A model generated the notes under the pieces. The model made no database searches, was not told where the DNA came from, and saw nothing but the letters and a program-made list of their open reading frames with translations. Source: Coleofasciculus sp. B1-GNL1-01 (GTDB lineage Bacteria > Cyanobacteriota > Cyanobacteriia > Cyanobacteriales > Coleofasciculaceae). Taken from it: a DNA stretch of 10,583 bases. The position numbers and the translations under genes are program-made. Below, in pieces: positions 1-7,391 of the stretch; positions within the stretch are counted from its first letter, which is position 1, and every line of letters starts with the position of its first letter. The stretch lies in assembly GCA_040220235.1 (NCBI GenBank), contig JAVJTO010000117.1. The stretch is one strand, 5' to 3'.

Positions 1-141
1 CCAAGTCTCCTAAGCTTTACTCTGTAACCTTCTAAATCCGGTATTTCTGAGCTTTTCTTCGAGCTGAGATAGAGGAGTTATTGTTCCTTATTTTATTTGC
101 GTAAGTAATACGCAAAAATACTGATTTTGTCCAAAGTCCAA
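1..141. mobile_element. Probable end of an insertion sequence (or other foreign segment) abutting and truncating the TpsA-like gene
   Basis: The haemagglutinin-like frame (GLESLNFTGNVNT...) loses recognisable similarity at ~142 and hits TGA at 122-124 with no proper start. The junction sequence TTGTCCAAAGTCCAA looks like a cyanobacterial IS terminus (from memory, not searched). There is a hairpin TTTGCGTA-N5-TACGCAAA at 96-116. The other end and any transposase are outside the window. Confidence 0.4.
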
Positions 142-142
142 G

Positions 143-1219
143 GGCTTAGAAAGCCTGAACTTTACAGGGAATGTCAACACCAATGCCCCAAATGGAGCGC
201 CCGGTACGTTACTGTTTGACCCTGCCGACATTACGATTACGGCTGGGGGAACTGTTGGTGGCTTTGATGGGGATGTGCTTTTTGAAGATGCTGGACCAAC
301 AGAGATTTCTGAAGCGCAGATTGAGAGTTTAGCTGGGAATACCAATGTCACGATTCAAGCGACTAATTCGATCACGATTGAGCAGATGTCAGATTCCATC
401 CTGAGCTTTCAACCCGGTTCAGGAACAATTACGTTTGAAGCAAACGGGACATTCGTTTCTGACAGCAGCATTATTACCAATGGGAGAGACATAAACATCA
501 CCTCTGGAAGCATTGCTTTGGACTCTTTAGCACTATACGACCTCAGAACATCTGGCGGTTCAATTAGCTTAACAACTACTAGTGGTGATCTTAGTTTTAG
601 AAACATCACTGCTGGTCTTGTAAACAATCCAGGGGATGTAGAAATTTCAGTAAGTCCTGGTAGTAGTTTGAGTTTCGAGAACATCGGTGCTGAATCTTTA
701 ATCGGTTCATCCATACCTCCTGACCCTCTAGATGGAACAATCACTGTTAATGGTGTTGTTCAGCCTCAAGGAAACCTGTCTTTTTATGAAATTGTGGGTG
801 GCGTTCCTACTGATGGCAGCGAAACTCCTGGGGGCGGGACTCCCGGTGGTGGTGGCACACCCGGTGGTGGTGTAATTTCTGGTGGCGGTGAAACTCCCGG
901 TGGGGGCGAAACTCCCAGCGGTGGAACCACTGTTAATGTCAACGGAGCCATTGTCAATATTGGCTCTACCGGCTCAAGGAACAACGGCTATGCAGGGTCA
1001 AATATTGACACATCTTTCAGCATAGATATCCCAGGTGTGGGTCGATTTAGCGCTAATAATCTTCATATGTGGAATGCATTTGCACGGTCTGAAATTACTT
1101 GGAATAACGCTTTCCAAGAGTTTAGCGCTCGGCAGGCAATAATGTCTGCTAGGGAAACTGAGTCAAGCGGGTTCCATACTCAAATGCACAGTGAGATATT
1201 ACTCGATAGCGGGTATTAG
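143..1219 (+). pseudogene. 5'-truncated filamentous haemagglutinin-like / TpsA exoprotein (C-terminal part; track ORF 275..1219)
   Basis: The frame is open from 125. Upstream of the GTG at 275 it reads GLESLNFTGNVNTNAPNGAPGTLLFDPADITI, the 'G.LL.DP.DITI' motif typical of cyanobacterial FHA-family proteins after the TPS domain. It continues with G/S/T/N/I-rich beta-helix-like sequence (NVTIQATNSITI, TNGRDINITSG, SGGSISLTT). No signal peptide or TPS domain is present in this frame. A tpsB gene lies nearby. Confidence 0.75.
815..927 (+). repeat. Coding low-complexity repeat (GGETPG/GGTPG linker)
   Basis: Repeated (GAA)AC(T/A)CC(C/T)GG units translate to ETPGGGTPGGGGTPGGG...GGETPGGGETPSGG. Confidence 0.85.
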
Positions 1220-1281
1220 ATTCAGACTATGCTAGATCACATTCACTTGTACTGGAATACCTGTAGAGATAAGGAGCGTAA

Positions 1282-1761
1282 ATGTTCTCCAAATCAACCA
1301 TTCTATCAGTTTTTCTGATGTTCTCAGTAGTTGGAACAGCTAATGCATTACCGACTTCAGATGACTTTAACTCTGAGATGAATGCAAGTAGCCATTCTAT
1401 GCTCAATGAACGAATTTATGCTCAGACAGATGGAGAAGTAGAAACTATCATTCTTCAGCTAGGTTTAACAGATGAGCAGATAGCTCAGCTTTACCAAGTT
1501 GATCGGCAGTTTAGTCCTAAACTCGATGAGCTTTACCCGGCGTGGAATCAGGCACAAGAAGAGTTAGAAGTATTAATTAGGAGTGAAGATGCTTCAGAAT
1601 CTGAAGTGAGGAAGAAGTACGAAGAAGTTGAGTCCCTGCGTCGGCAAGTTTCTGAGTTACAGTTTGAGCGACGAATGGCTATCCGGGAAATTTTGAGACC
1701 CGAACAACGATTACCTTACGAGGAATACATTGAACAAAGAATTGCTGAGAGCGATTCTTGA
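1282..1761 (+). CDS. Spy/CpxP-family periplasmic chaperone (LTXXQ motif protein)
   Basis: N-terminal signal peptide (MFSKSTILSVFLMFSVVGTANA). LGLTDEQ and ILRPEQR are LTxxQ-like motifs. Acidic helical body. Shine-Dalgarno AAGGAG shortly upstream of the ATG. Confidence 0.85.
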   Translation: MFSKSTILSVFLMFSVVGTANALPTSDDFNSEMNASSHSMLNERIYAQTDGEVETIILQLGLTDEQIAQLYQVDRQFSPKLDELYPAWNQAQEELEVLIRSEDASESEVRKKYEEVESLRRQVSELQFERRMAIREILRPEQRLPYEEYIEQRIAESDS

Positions 1762-1799
1762 TCACGAATTGTAGAACGAATACCACTGAAATAAGATGG

Positions 1800-1850
1800 G
1801 TTCGTAGTCGGCACTTTAGTGCCTCAAGCGCTTTAGCGCTTACTACAAAC
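1800..1850. repeat. Inverted pair of GTAG-type REP hairpins (REPIN-like)
   Basis: GTAG-TC-GGCACT-TT-AGTGCC on + and GTAG-T-AAGCGCT-AA-AGCGCTT on -. Outer arms are GTTCGTAGT / ACTACAAAC. Confidence 0.75.
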
Positions 1851-1975
1851 GCTTAAATCAGTGACATTCAATTGTCGAACGACTGTTACCTGAAAAAATT
1901 AGCTTTCATCTTAGACGCTCATGAGAGTTAAAGATGAATGGCTAGAGTTTTAGTGTGCAATAATGTGTGGTGTGA

Positions 1976-3787
1976 GTGAATATGGGTGTTAAATACCGTA
2001 AGTTTAGTTACCTGGCTTCTTGGATTATTCTCTTAGGACAATTGAACGCTGGTGAGGCATTAGCAGAAATTTCGTTTAGTGCAGATGACCTCAAAGATAT
2101 CGAAACGATAGCTGGCAACACGGAGGAATTGCCAGAGCAGCTTTTAGATATTGCCCAAGTATCTGACCCCAATCAGGATCGGTTTCCACAACCCTTACCT
2201 GAGCCTGAATTAACAGATCCACAGGAGGAAGAACCTGTCCTACCGCCGTCCGAAACTGAAACCGAGCCGATTCGTCCAGACGTTTCTGAAGCGGAAGTAG
2301 AAGTGACTGCGATTGAAGTCACTGGCAGTACGATTTACACCCCTGAAGATTGGCAGGAGTTCACACAACCTTTAGAAGGGCGAACGGTAACAGTAACGGA
2401 ATTGAGGGCTGCTGCTGATGCAATTACTCGCCTTTATCAAGACGAAGGCTATTTGACCTCACGGGCAATTTTACCCCAGCAAGAAGTTGTCGATGGTGTT
2501 GTCCAGATTCAAGTGATTGAAGGCAGCCTGGAAGAGATTCAAATTGAAGGAAATCAACGAGTTAAGTCTGATTACATTAGTAGTCGAGTGAGGTTGGGTG
2601 TTGATACTCCCCTCAATGCTTTTAAACTTGAAGATCAACTCCGCCTGCTGCGTCAAAATCCTTTATTTGATACCCTCAGTGCGACTCTACAACCGGGGAC
2701 AGATTTGGGACAAAGTATTTTAGCTATTGAAGTGGATGAGGCAAATCCGTTCTATGGATTTGCCAGCTTCGACAACTACTCGCCTCCGAGCCTGGGGTCA
2801 GAGCGGTTCGGAATAGGCGCAGGCTACCGGAACCTGACGGGGTATGGTGATAATCTCTTTGCGTCATACTACGTGAGTACGACGGGAGGTTCTGATTTAA
2901 TTGATGCCTTCTATCAAATCCCTGTTAATCCCATGGAAGGCACGATTCAACTACGCACCCAATTCAACTGGACTGAAATCACGGAAGATCCCTTCGATGA
3001 TCTTGGCATTGAAGGTGATTCACAGTTCTATGAACTTAGCTTCCGACAACCCCTGATTCGTACTCCAACAGAAGAGTTTGCGCTTTCCCTCGCATTTAGC
3101 TTTGAAGATGGTCAGACCTTTACATTCGATGATATTCCTACACCCTTTGGTTTTGGACCCGATGAAGATGGTGTGAGTCGTACTAGCGTGTTCAGATTTG
3201 GGCAGGATTATATTCGCCGTGATGCTAACGGTGCCTGGATACTACGCTCTTTGTTCAATATTGGCACCACTCTATTTGATGCTACGTCTAATCCAGAGCC
3301 AATTCCAGATAGCGCTTTCTTTAGCTGGAATGGTCAGGTGCAAAGAGTGCAGCGTTTAAGTGACAATCATACGCTTGTTACTCAAGCGAGCGTTCAGTTA
3401 ACCCCTGATCCTTTATTACCGTCTGAACAGTTTGTTATTGGTGGATTTTACTCAGTCAGAGGGTATCGAGAAAGCGCCCGTAATGGTGATAACGGCTTGC
3501 GTCTTTCGGTAGAGGATAGAATTACCCTATCTCGCAATGATAGAGGAGAGTCAATTCTTCTGTTAATTCCATTTGCCGACATAGGGTATGTCTGGAACCA
3601 AGGTGACAATCCTAATGATTTACCCGACCAAAAATTTCTAGCCAGTATTGGTTCGGGTATTCTTTACGAACCCGTAAGAAATCTGAACCTCAGATTAGAT
3701 TATGGTTTGCCGTTAGTTGATTTAGACGATCGCGGCGATAATCTTCAAGACGATGGGTTTCATTTTAGCGTTAATTACCAATTCTGA
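1976..3787 (+). CDS. ShlB/FhaC/HecB-family two-partner secretion outer-membrane transporter (TpsB)
   Basis: Signal peptide and Pro/Glu-rich linker. POTRA domains (IEVTGST...ITRLYQDEGYLTSRA...GVVQIQVIEG). DNYSPPSLG barrel start, conserved loop motif IGG..SVRGY, and C-terminal Phe (FSVNYQF). Alternative ATG start at 1982. Confidence 0.95.
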   Translation: MNMGVKYRKFSYLASWIILLGQLNAGEALAEISFSADDLKDIETIAGNTEELPEQLLDIAQVSDPNQDRFPQPLPEPELTDPQEEEPVLPPSETETEPIRPDVSEAEVEVTAIEVTGSTIYTPEDWQEFTQPLEGRTVTVTELRAAADAITRLYQDEGYLTSRAILPQQEVVDGVVQIQVIEGSLEEIQIEGNQRVKSDYISSRVRLGVDTPLNAFKLEDQLRLLRQNPLFDTLSATLQPGTDLGQSILAIEVDEANPFYGFASFDNYSPPSLGSERFGIGAGYRNLTGYGDNLFASYYVSTTGGSDLIDAFYQIPVNPMEGTIQLRTQFNWTEITEDPFDDLGIEGDSQFYELSFRQPLIRTPTEEFALSLAFSFEDGQTFTFDDIPTPFGFGPDEDGVSRTSVFRFGQDYIRRDANGAWILRSLFNIGTTLFDATSNPEPIPDSAFFSWNGQVQRVQRLSDNHTLVTQASVQLTPDPLLPSEQFVIGGFYSVRGYRESARNGDNGLRLSVEDRITLSRNDRGESILLLIPFADIGYVWNQGDNPNDLPDQKFLASIGSGILYEPVRNLNLRLDYGLPLVDLDDRGDNLQDDGFHFSVNYQF

Positions 3788-3825
3788 GACGAAATTAGCT
3801 ATCTGAATGTCACGCTCCTCGTATT

Positions 3826-3862
3826 CTGGTGGGTTCTTGCGAAGTCGAAACCCACCCTACGG
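3826..3862 (-). repeat. GTAG-type REP hairpin, copy 1 (start of the ~85-bp direct repeat)
   Basis: GGTGGGTT...AACCCACC stem followed by CTAC. Near-identical to 6897-6932. Confidence 0.85.
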
Positions 3863-3878
3863 CATATCCAAAGTTTGA

Positions 3879-3886
3879 GCGATCGC
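3879..3886. repeat. HIP1 octamer GCGATCGC (others at 4362-4369, 8139-8146, 9177-9184)
   Basis: Four perfect copies read directly. HIP1 is a hallmark of cyanobacterial genomes. Confidence 0.9.
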
Positions 3887-3942
3887 GCCATGCAAATTTT
3901 CAGTGTCATCCATCCTAATCTAGCTTACTCACCGGATGCAGA

Positions 3943-4024
3943 CCCCAGACGCGATCGTAACTTAGCCTACCAACTATCACTCAAACTGCACTCAAACACA
4001 CCATACTCCATCCACTGCCCCATA
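3943..4024 (-). pseudogene. cas2: Decayed internal fragment of CRISPR-associated cas2
   Basis: The minus strand reads Y(frameshift)GQWMEYGVFECSLSDSW*AKLRSRLG. This matches the cyanobacterial Cas2 core YGQWMQYSVFEC.L...QYAKLRSRL as recalled. There is an in-frame TAG at 3967-3969 where Tyr is expected, and both termini are missing. Confidence 0.75.
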
Positions 4025-4086
4025 CTCACCACTTGACCTGAGAACCAAAGCTTAAAGTAATTGTACTCAACTCATTACCCGAAACC

Positions 4087-4109
4087 GTAGGGGCGCATGG
4101 CGTGCGCCC
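4087..4109 (+). repeat. GTAG-type REP hairpin
   Basis: GTAG-GGGCGCA-TGGCG-TGCGCCC. Confidence 0.8.
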
Positions 4110-4181
4110 ATAAAATCGACAAATCCAATCCATCAGTTTAGTTGTGTCATATCATGTCCGGCAAATCACCCATGATAAACA

Positions 4182-4799
4182 ATGTTTTCCTCTTTCAACC
4201 CAGACAACCACATTTTTCAATCATCCCAGTTTCAACAGGTAATTCAAAACGCTGTAGACTTTCTCCTCTCCACACCTGTTCAACCCTTACCGCCATCAGA
4301 GACATTTACAGGTGCAGGACTTTACCTCCTGTACTACACAGGTAATTTTCCACCCTATAGTGCGATCGCGCAAGCGAACAGCCATAACGTTTCCACACCA
4401 ATTTATGCGGGAAAAGCCGTTCCGAGTGGTTGGCGACAAGCCCGCACCCCATCTAAAAAAATAGCGACTCTTTATCGTCGTTTAAGCGAACATGCAACCA
4501 GTATCCGAGCAGCACAGAACCTCAACTTAACAGATTTCTCATGTCGCTTTGTTATTCTAACTGACGATGAGAGTAGTATGATTCCTGCGGTTGAAGCAGC
4601 ACTAATTCGTCGATATCAACCCCTATGGAATAGTGTTATCGATGGCTTCGGAAATCATGATCCAGGGATTAACCGTTATGGACAACTCCTGGCTGAATGG
4701 GACACCTTGCACCCGGGTCGAAGTTGGGAAAGAAAATGGCAAGGTCAGCGTCCTCATTATGAACAACTAATCGAAAAGATTCAAAACTATTTCGGCTGA
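4182..4799 (+). CDS. Eco29kI-family GIY-YIG type II restriction endonuclease
   Basis: FTGAGLYLLYYTG...PIYAGKAVP GIY-YIG motifs, LYRRLSEH (conserved Arg), VEAALI (catalytic Glu), PLWN..IDGFGNHDPG..R and WDTLHPGR. All are hallmarks of the Eco29kI/Cfr42I/MraI family. 205 aa. Confidence 0.92.
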   Translation: MFSSFNPDNHIFQSSQFQQVIQNAVDFLLSTPVQPLPPSETFTGAGLYLLYYTGNFPPYSAIAQANSHNVSTPIYAGKAVPSGWRQARTPSKKIATLYRRLSEHATSIRAAQNLNLTDFSCRFVILTDDESSMIPAVEAALIRRYQPLWNSVIDGFGNHDPGINRYGQLLAEWDTLHPGRSWERKWQGQRPHYEQLIEKIQNYFG

Positions 4800-6130
4800 C
4801 GCAACTCAACTACCGATTCGTATAATCGACAAACTTTATCCGCCTTGGCAACCCGCACCTTTGATTGAATAATACTATTTCCCACACGAGTATCTCGTGG
4901 CGTGTTTATACTGACCAGATCAAGACCCGATTGTTCAGCAATTTGACCTAAATAGACATCGGTTGTAAACATGACTCCCTGCAAAATACTATTTCCAATC
5001 ACCACAAATGCTGAAGCCCTCGACTTGAGAACGTATCGAAGTCCCTGAACAAAACGATAACAATCATTAAAATAAGATGCAGCATAGTTAGCCCATCCAT
5101 TGCCACCATAGATACCTCGCTGAGTATTGACTGTACGCAGGTAATCAATTTTTTCAATAAGTTCTGCTGGTGGATTGGGAAAAATTAAATTCACCTGATC
5201 TTGAACTCTCACAGTTTGCCAATATTTGCCAAAATTCTGCTGTTCCAAAATCTTAGTATCATCAGGCTTATTGACAAACCCTAGCCAATAGAGATGGGGG
5301 CGGGTATTGCGGATGTAATGGTAATTATTTAGATAAGGAGGTGATGTAACTACCAGATCGACTGAATTCGGTTTAAGATACTGTTGGTAATCAAAAAATG
5401 AGGCATTTAAAATCTTGTTTTTGAATGAATGACGGGGTAAATTCCGCAAAAGCCATTTTAGATCACAAGTCATCTGATTAAGCTTTTCTGTGATGACTTC
5501 AAAAACGGCAAAATCCGCAATATTCCTTTTCCCTGCTGCTTTTCTGGTTCCTAAGCTAGGTTCATAGGAATAATTCGAGTAATGAACCATCGTTGACGCA
5601 AACGCCAATCTAAAAATCTCTTGAATCTTCTCATCCTCCACAGAATTAATAAAATCCTGAACAATCAGGACTTTCTCTAACACAGTTGGACTATAGAATG
5701 CTTGGCGGGTTCGGAATCCCGATGGTGGCTGACTCATCGGCAAATATTCACTCGTCATGCTATGGTCATAAAACCTTTGGAATCGTGTTATCTCTCTTTG
5801 AATATCTTCTGGATTAAGTTGATACGCATTGACTTTAACTCGACAAGCCAAAGCCGCGTAGGGATTAATCTCAAAACCAACACTATCATGTCCGATTAAT
5901 GCTGATTCAACCAGGGTTGTACCCACACCTGCGAAGGGATCAATAACCGTTCCCGGTTGAGGAAGCTTAGTTTCTACCACATCTCGCACAAAAGAACTGG
6001 AAAAGCCAGCAATCCAAGGTATCCACCGATGCACAGGTAAAAGCTTGTTGCTAGCAAAACTCGGATCACTGAACACCGATTTATCTTTGGCTTTCGAGGT
6101 TTGAGTCTCTGAAAAAAGTGACAGTTGCAT
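4787..6130 (-). CDS. Amino-DNA methyltransferase, probably N4-cytosine, alpha-type motif order
   Basis: N-terminal HRW...AGFS, SAM-binding motif I VIDPFAGVGTT, and later catalytic motif IV DLVVTSPPY. Convergent with the endonuclease gene and overlaps it by 13 bp. Confidence 0.9.
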   Translation of the reverse strand: MQLSLFSETQTSKAKDKSVFSDPSFASNKLLPVHRWIPWIAGFSSSFVRDVVETKLPQPGTVIDPFAGVGTTLVESALIGHDSVGFEINPYAALACRVKVNAYQLNPEDIQREITRFQRFYDHSMTSEYLPMSQPPSGFRTRQAFYSPTVLEKVLIVQDFINSVEDEKIQEIFRLAFASTMVHYSNYSYEPSLGTRKAAGKRNIADFAVFEVITEKLNQMTCDLKWLLRNLPRHSFKNKILNASFFDYQQYLKPNSVDLVVTSPPYLNNYHYIRNTRPHLYWLGFVNKPDDTKILEQQNFGKYWQTVRVQDQVNLIFPNPPAELIEKIDYLRTVNTQRGIYGGNGWANYAASYFNDCYRFVQGLRYVLKSRASAFVVIGNSILQGVMFTTDVYLGQIAEQSGLDLVSINTPRDTRVGNSIIQSKVRVAKADKVCRLYESVVELRQPK

Positions 6131-6270
6131 TCGATTGATCAGCTTGGCTAGTTTTGATATCGTGCTGTTAGTGTAAAGCCAATCAATTTACGGTGCAACT
6201 TGCCTGTTTTGAGATGTTACTTTTAAATTATCTGAGTTAACCTCTGGAATTCAGTCATATTCAAGGATTC

Positions 6271-6642
6271 TTACTTGTACAAAACAGCCTCTTTCAATGT
6301 TGAGATGCGCTCAAGTACGCTGTTGATTTCCTCTTTGGTAAGTCCATATTCAGCCAGTGATTCACCCAAATGATTGGCAATTGCTTCAAAGTGTTCGGGT
6401 TGTAAGTTTAATCCAGAGTGAGCTTTTCCCATTGAGCGTCCCGTATATTGATTAGAACCTCCCAAAGCCTGGGAAATAAAAGCAGTTTGATGACGCCGTT
6501 GCTTTTCCATATCAGTGTTAGCAAAAAAGTGACTGACGGTATCATCTGCTAACACACGCTGGTAAAAATCATCCACAATTTGAGCAACAACTGGCTGTCC
6601 GCCTATCTTCTCATATAAGGTTAAGGTTGGTGGTGTATGCAT
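6271..6642 (-). CDS. glbN: Group I truncated (2/2) haemoglobin, cyanoglobin-like
   Basis: TLYEKIGG, VDDFY.RVLAD..V.HFF, Q..F...ALGG...YTGRSM..AH..L, HF.AIA.HL motifs. Confidence 0.93.
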   Translation of the reverse strand: MHTPPTLTLYEKIGGQPVVAQIVDDFYQRVLADDTVSHFFANTDMEKQRRHQTAFISQALGGSNQYTGRSMGKAHSGLNLQPEHFEAIANHLGESLAEYGLTKEEINSVLERISTLKEAVLYK

Positions 6643-6896
6643 ATCCGTTTCTAAAACTTAGCAATTTCTATTAACTATTCTATCTCGGTATTGAAGAGGT
6701 TACGTCTCTCTTGAGTACAGCAATAGCGGAGTAACGTCTCTACCGTAAGTTGGATTCAAAAAACTTGATTATATTGTTTTTATAGAATAAATAAAAAATT
6801 CAAATTAACGACAGATATGACATATAGCGTCTCTAAAATATGGAAAAAAAAGGCTTTTCTTAAGACTGTCTTAGGTAGAATGCCACTGAATTAAAG

Positions 6897-6932
6897 CTGG
6901 TGGGTTGAGCGAAGTCGAAACCCACCCTACGG
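6897..6932 (-). repeat. GTAG-type REP hairpin, copy 2
   Basis: CTGGTGGGTTGAGCGAAGTCGAAACCCACCCTACGG. Matches 3826-3862. Confidence 0.85.
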
Positions 6933-6936
6933 TATA

Positions 6937-7154
6937 CAGCTCTTTGCGCTGTAATAAAGTACAGTAGGTCAAAGTCCCCCTTCAGATCCCCCTCCCGTCC
7001 CCCTATTAGATCCCCCTCCCGTCCCCCTTCAAAAGGGGGAAGCCAGCTGATGCTTCGCTTTTTGTTCCACGGGGGAAGCCAGCGGATGCTTCGCTTTTTT
7101 TGCACGGGGATTTAGGGGGATCGACAATGTACCGCATAGCAGAGCAAACTGCTG
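6937..7154. mobile_element. 218-bp MITE with TA target duplication (IS630-like signature)
   Basis: Imperfect 27-bp TIRs: CAGCTCTTTGCGCTGTAATAAAGTACA versus the reverse complement of the right end CAGCAGTTTGCTCTGCTATGCGGTACA (19/27). TA flanks at 6935-6936 and 7155-7156. The empty site is visible in the paralogous copy at 3863-3870. Internal tandem duplications at 6984-7028 and 7035-7109. Confidence 0.85.
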
Positions 7155-7237
7155 TATCAAAGGTTTCGGCGATTCCCTAATGCAAGTTTTCAGTGCCATT
7201 AGACTTAGGTATGATTTCGCCCAGAAAACCTAAAGTA

Positions 7238-7384
7238 AGCTGTCATGCATTTAAATTGGGAATGGATAGCGAGCAAGATGCAAAGCCTACGGCATGGCTT
7301 CGCTAAAGCCTGCGGCATGGCTTCGCTAAACGCACTACACGGCTTTCGCTATTATTGACATTAAGGTTTAAATGCCGAACAGCT
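7238..7384. mobile_element. 147-bp MITE with TA flanks, carrying a nested REP and a 23-bp tandem repeat
   Basis: TIRs AGCTGTCATGCATTTAAA and TTTAAATGCCGAACAGCT (15/18). TA at 7236-7237 and 7385-7386. Confidence 0.75.
7282..7327 (+). repeat. Tandem 2 x 23-bp hairpin unit
   Basis: AAAGCCT(A/G)CGGCATGGCTTCGCT at 7282-7304 and 7305-7327, each with an AAGCC/GGCTT stem. Confidence 0.9.
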
Positions 7385-7391
7385 TAACACT

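Noticed and set aside
88..984. Minus-strand ORFs 88..351, 409..744, 784..984
   Set aside because: Antisense shadows of the tpsA-like frame.
1282..1761. CdiI-type immunity gene
   Set aside because: The signal peptide and LTxxQ motifs indicate a Spy/CpxP protein, and no VENN-like toxin boundary is seen upstream.
6860..7105. 81-aa ORF
   Set aside because: It is a translation of MITE and REP repeats.
6984..7109. CRISPR array (repeats with 24- and 36-bp periods)
   Set aside because: Only two copies each, essentially head-to-tail with no unique spacers, and inside a MITE. No CRISPR array is seen in the window.
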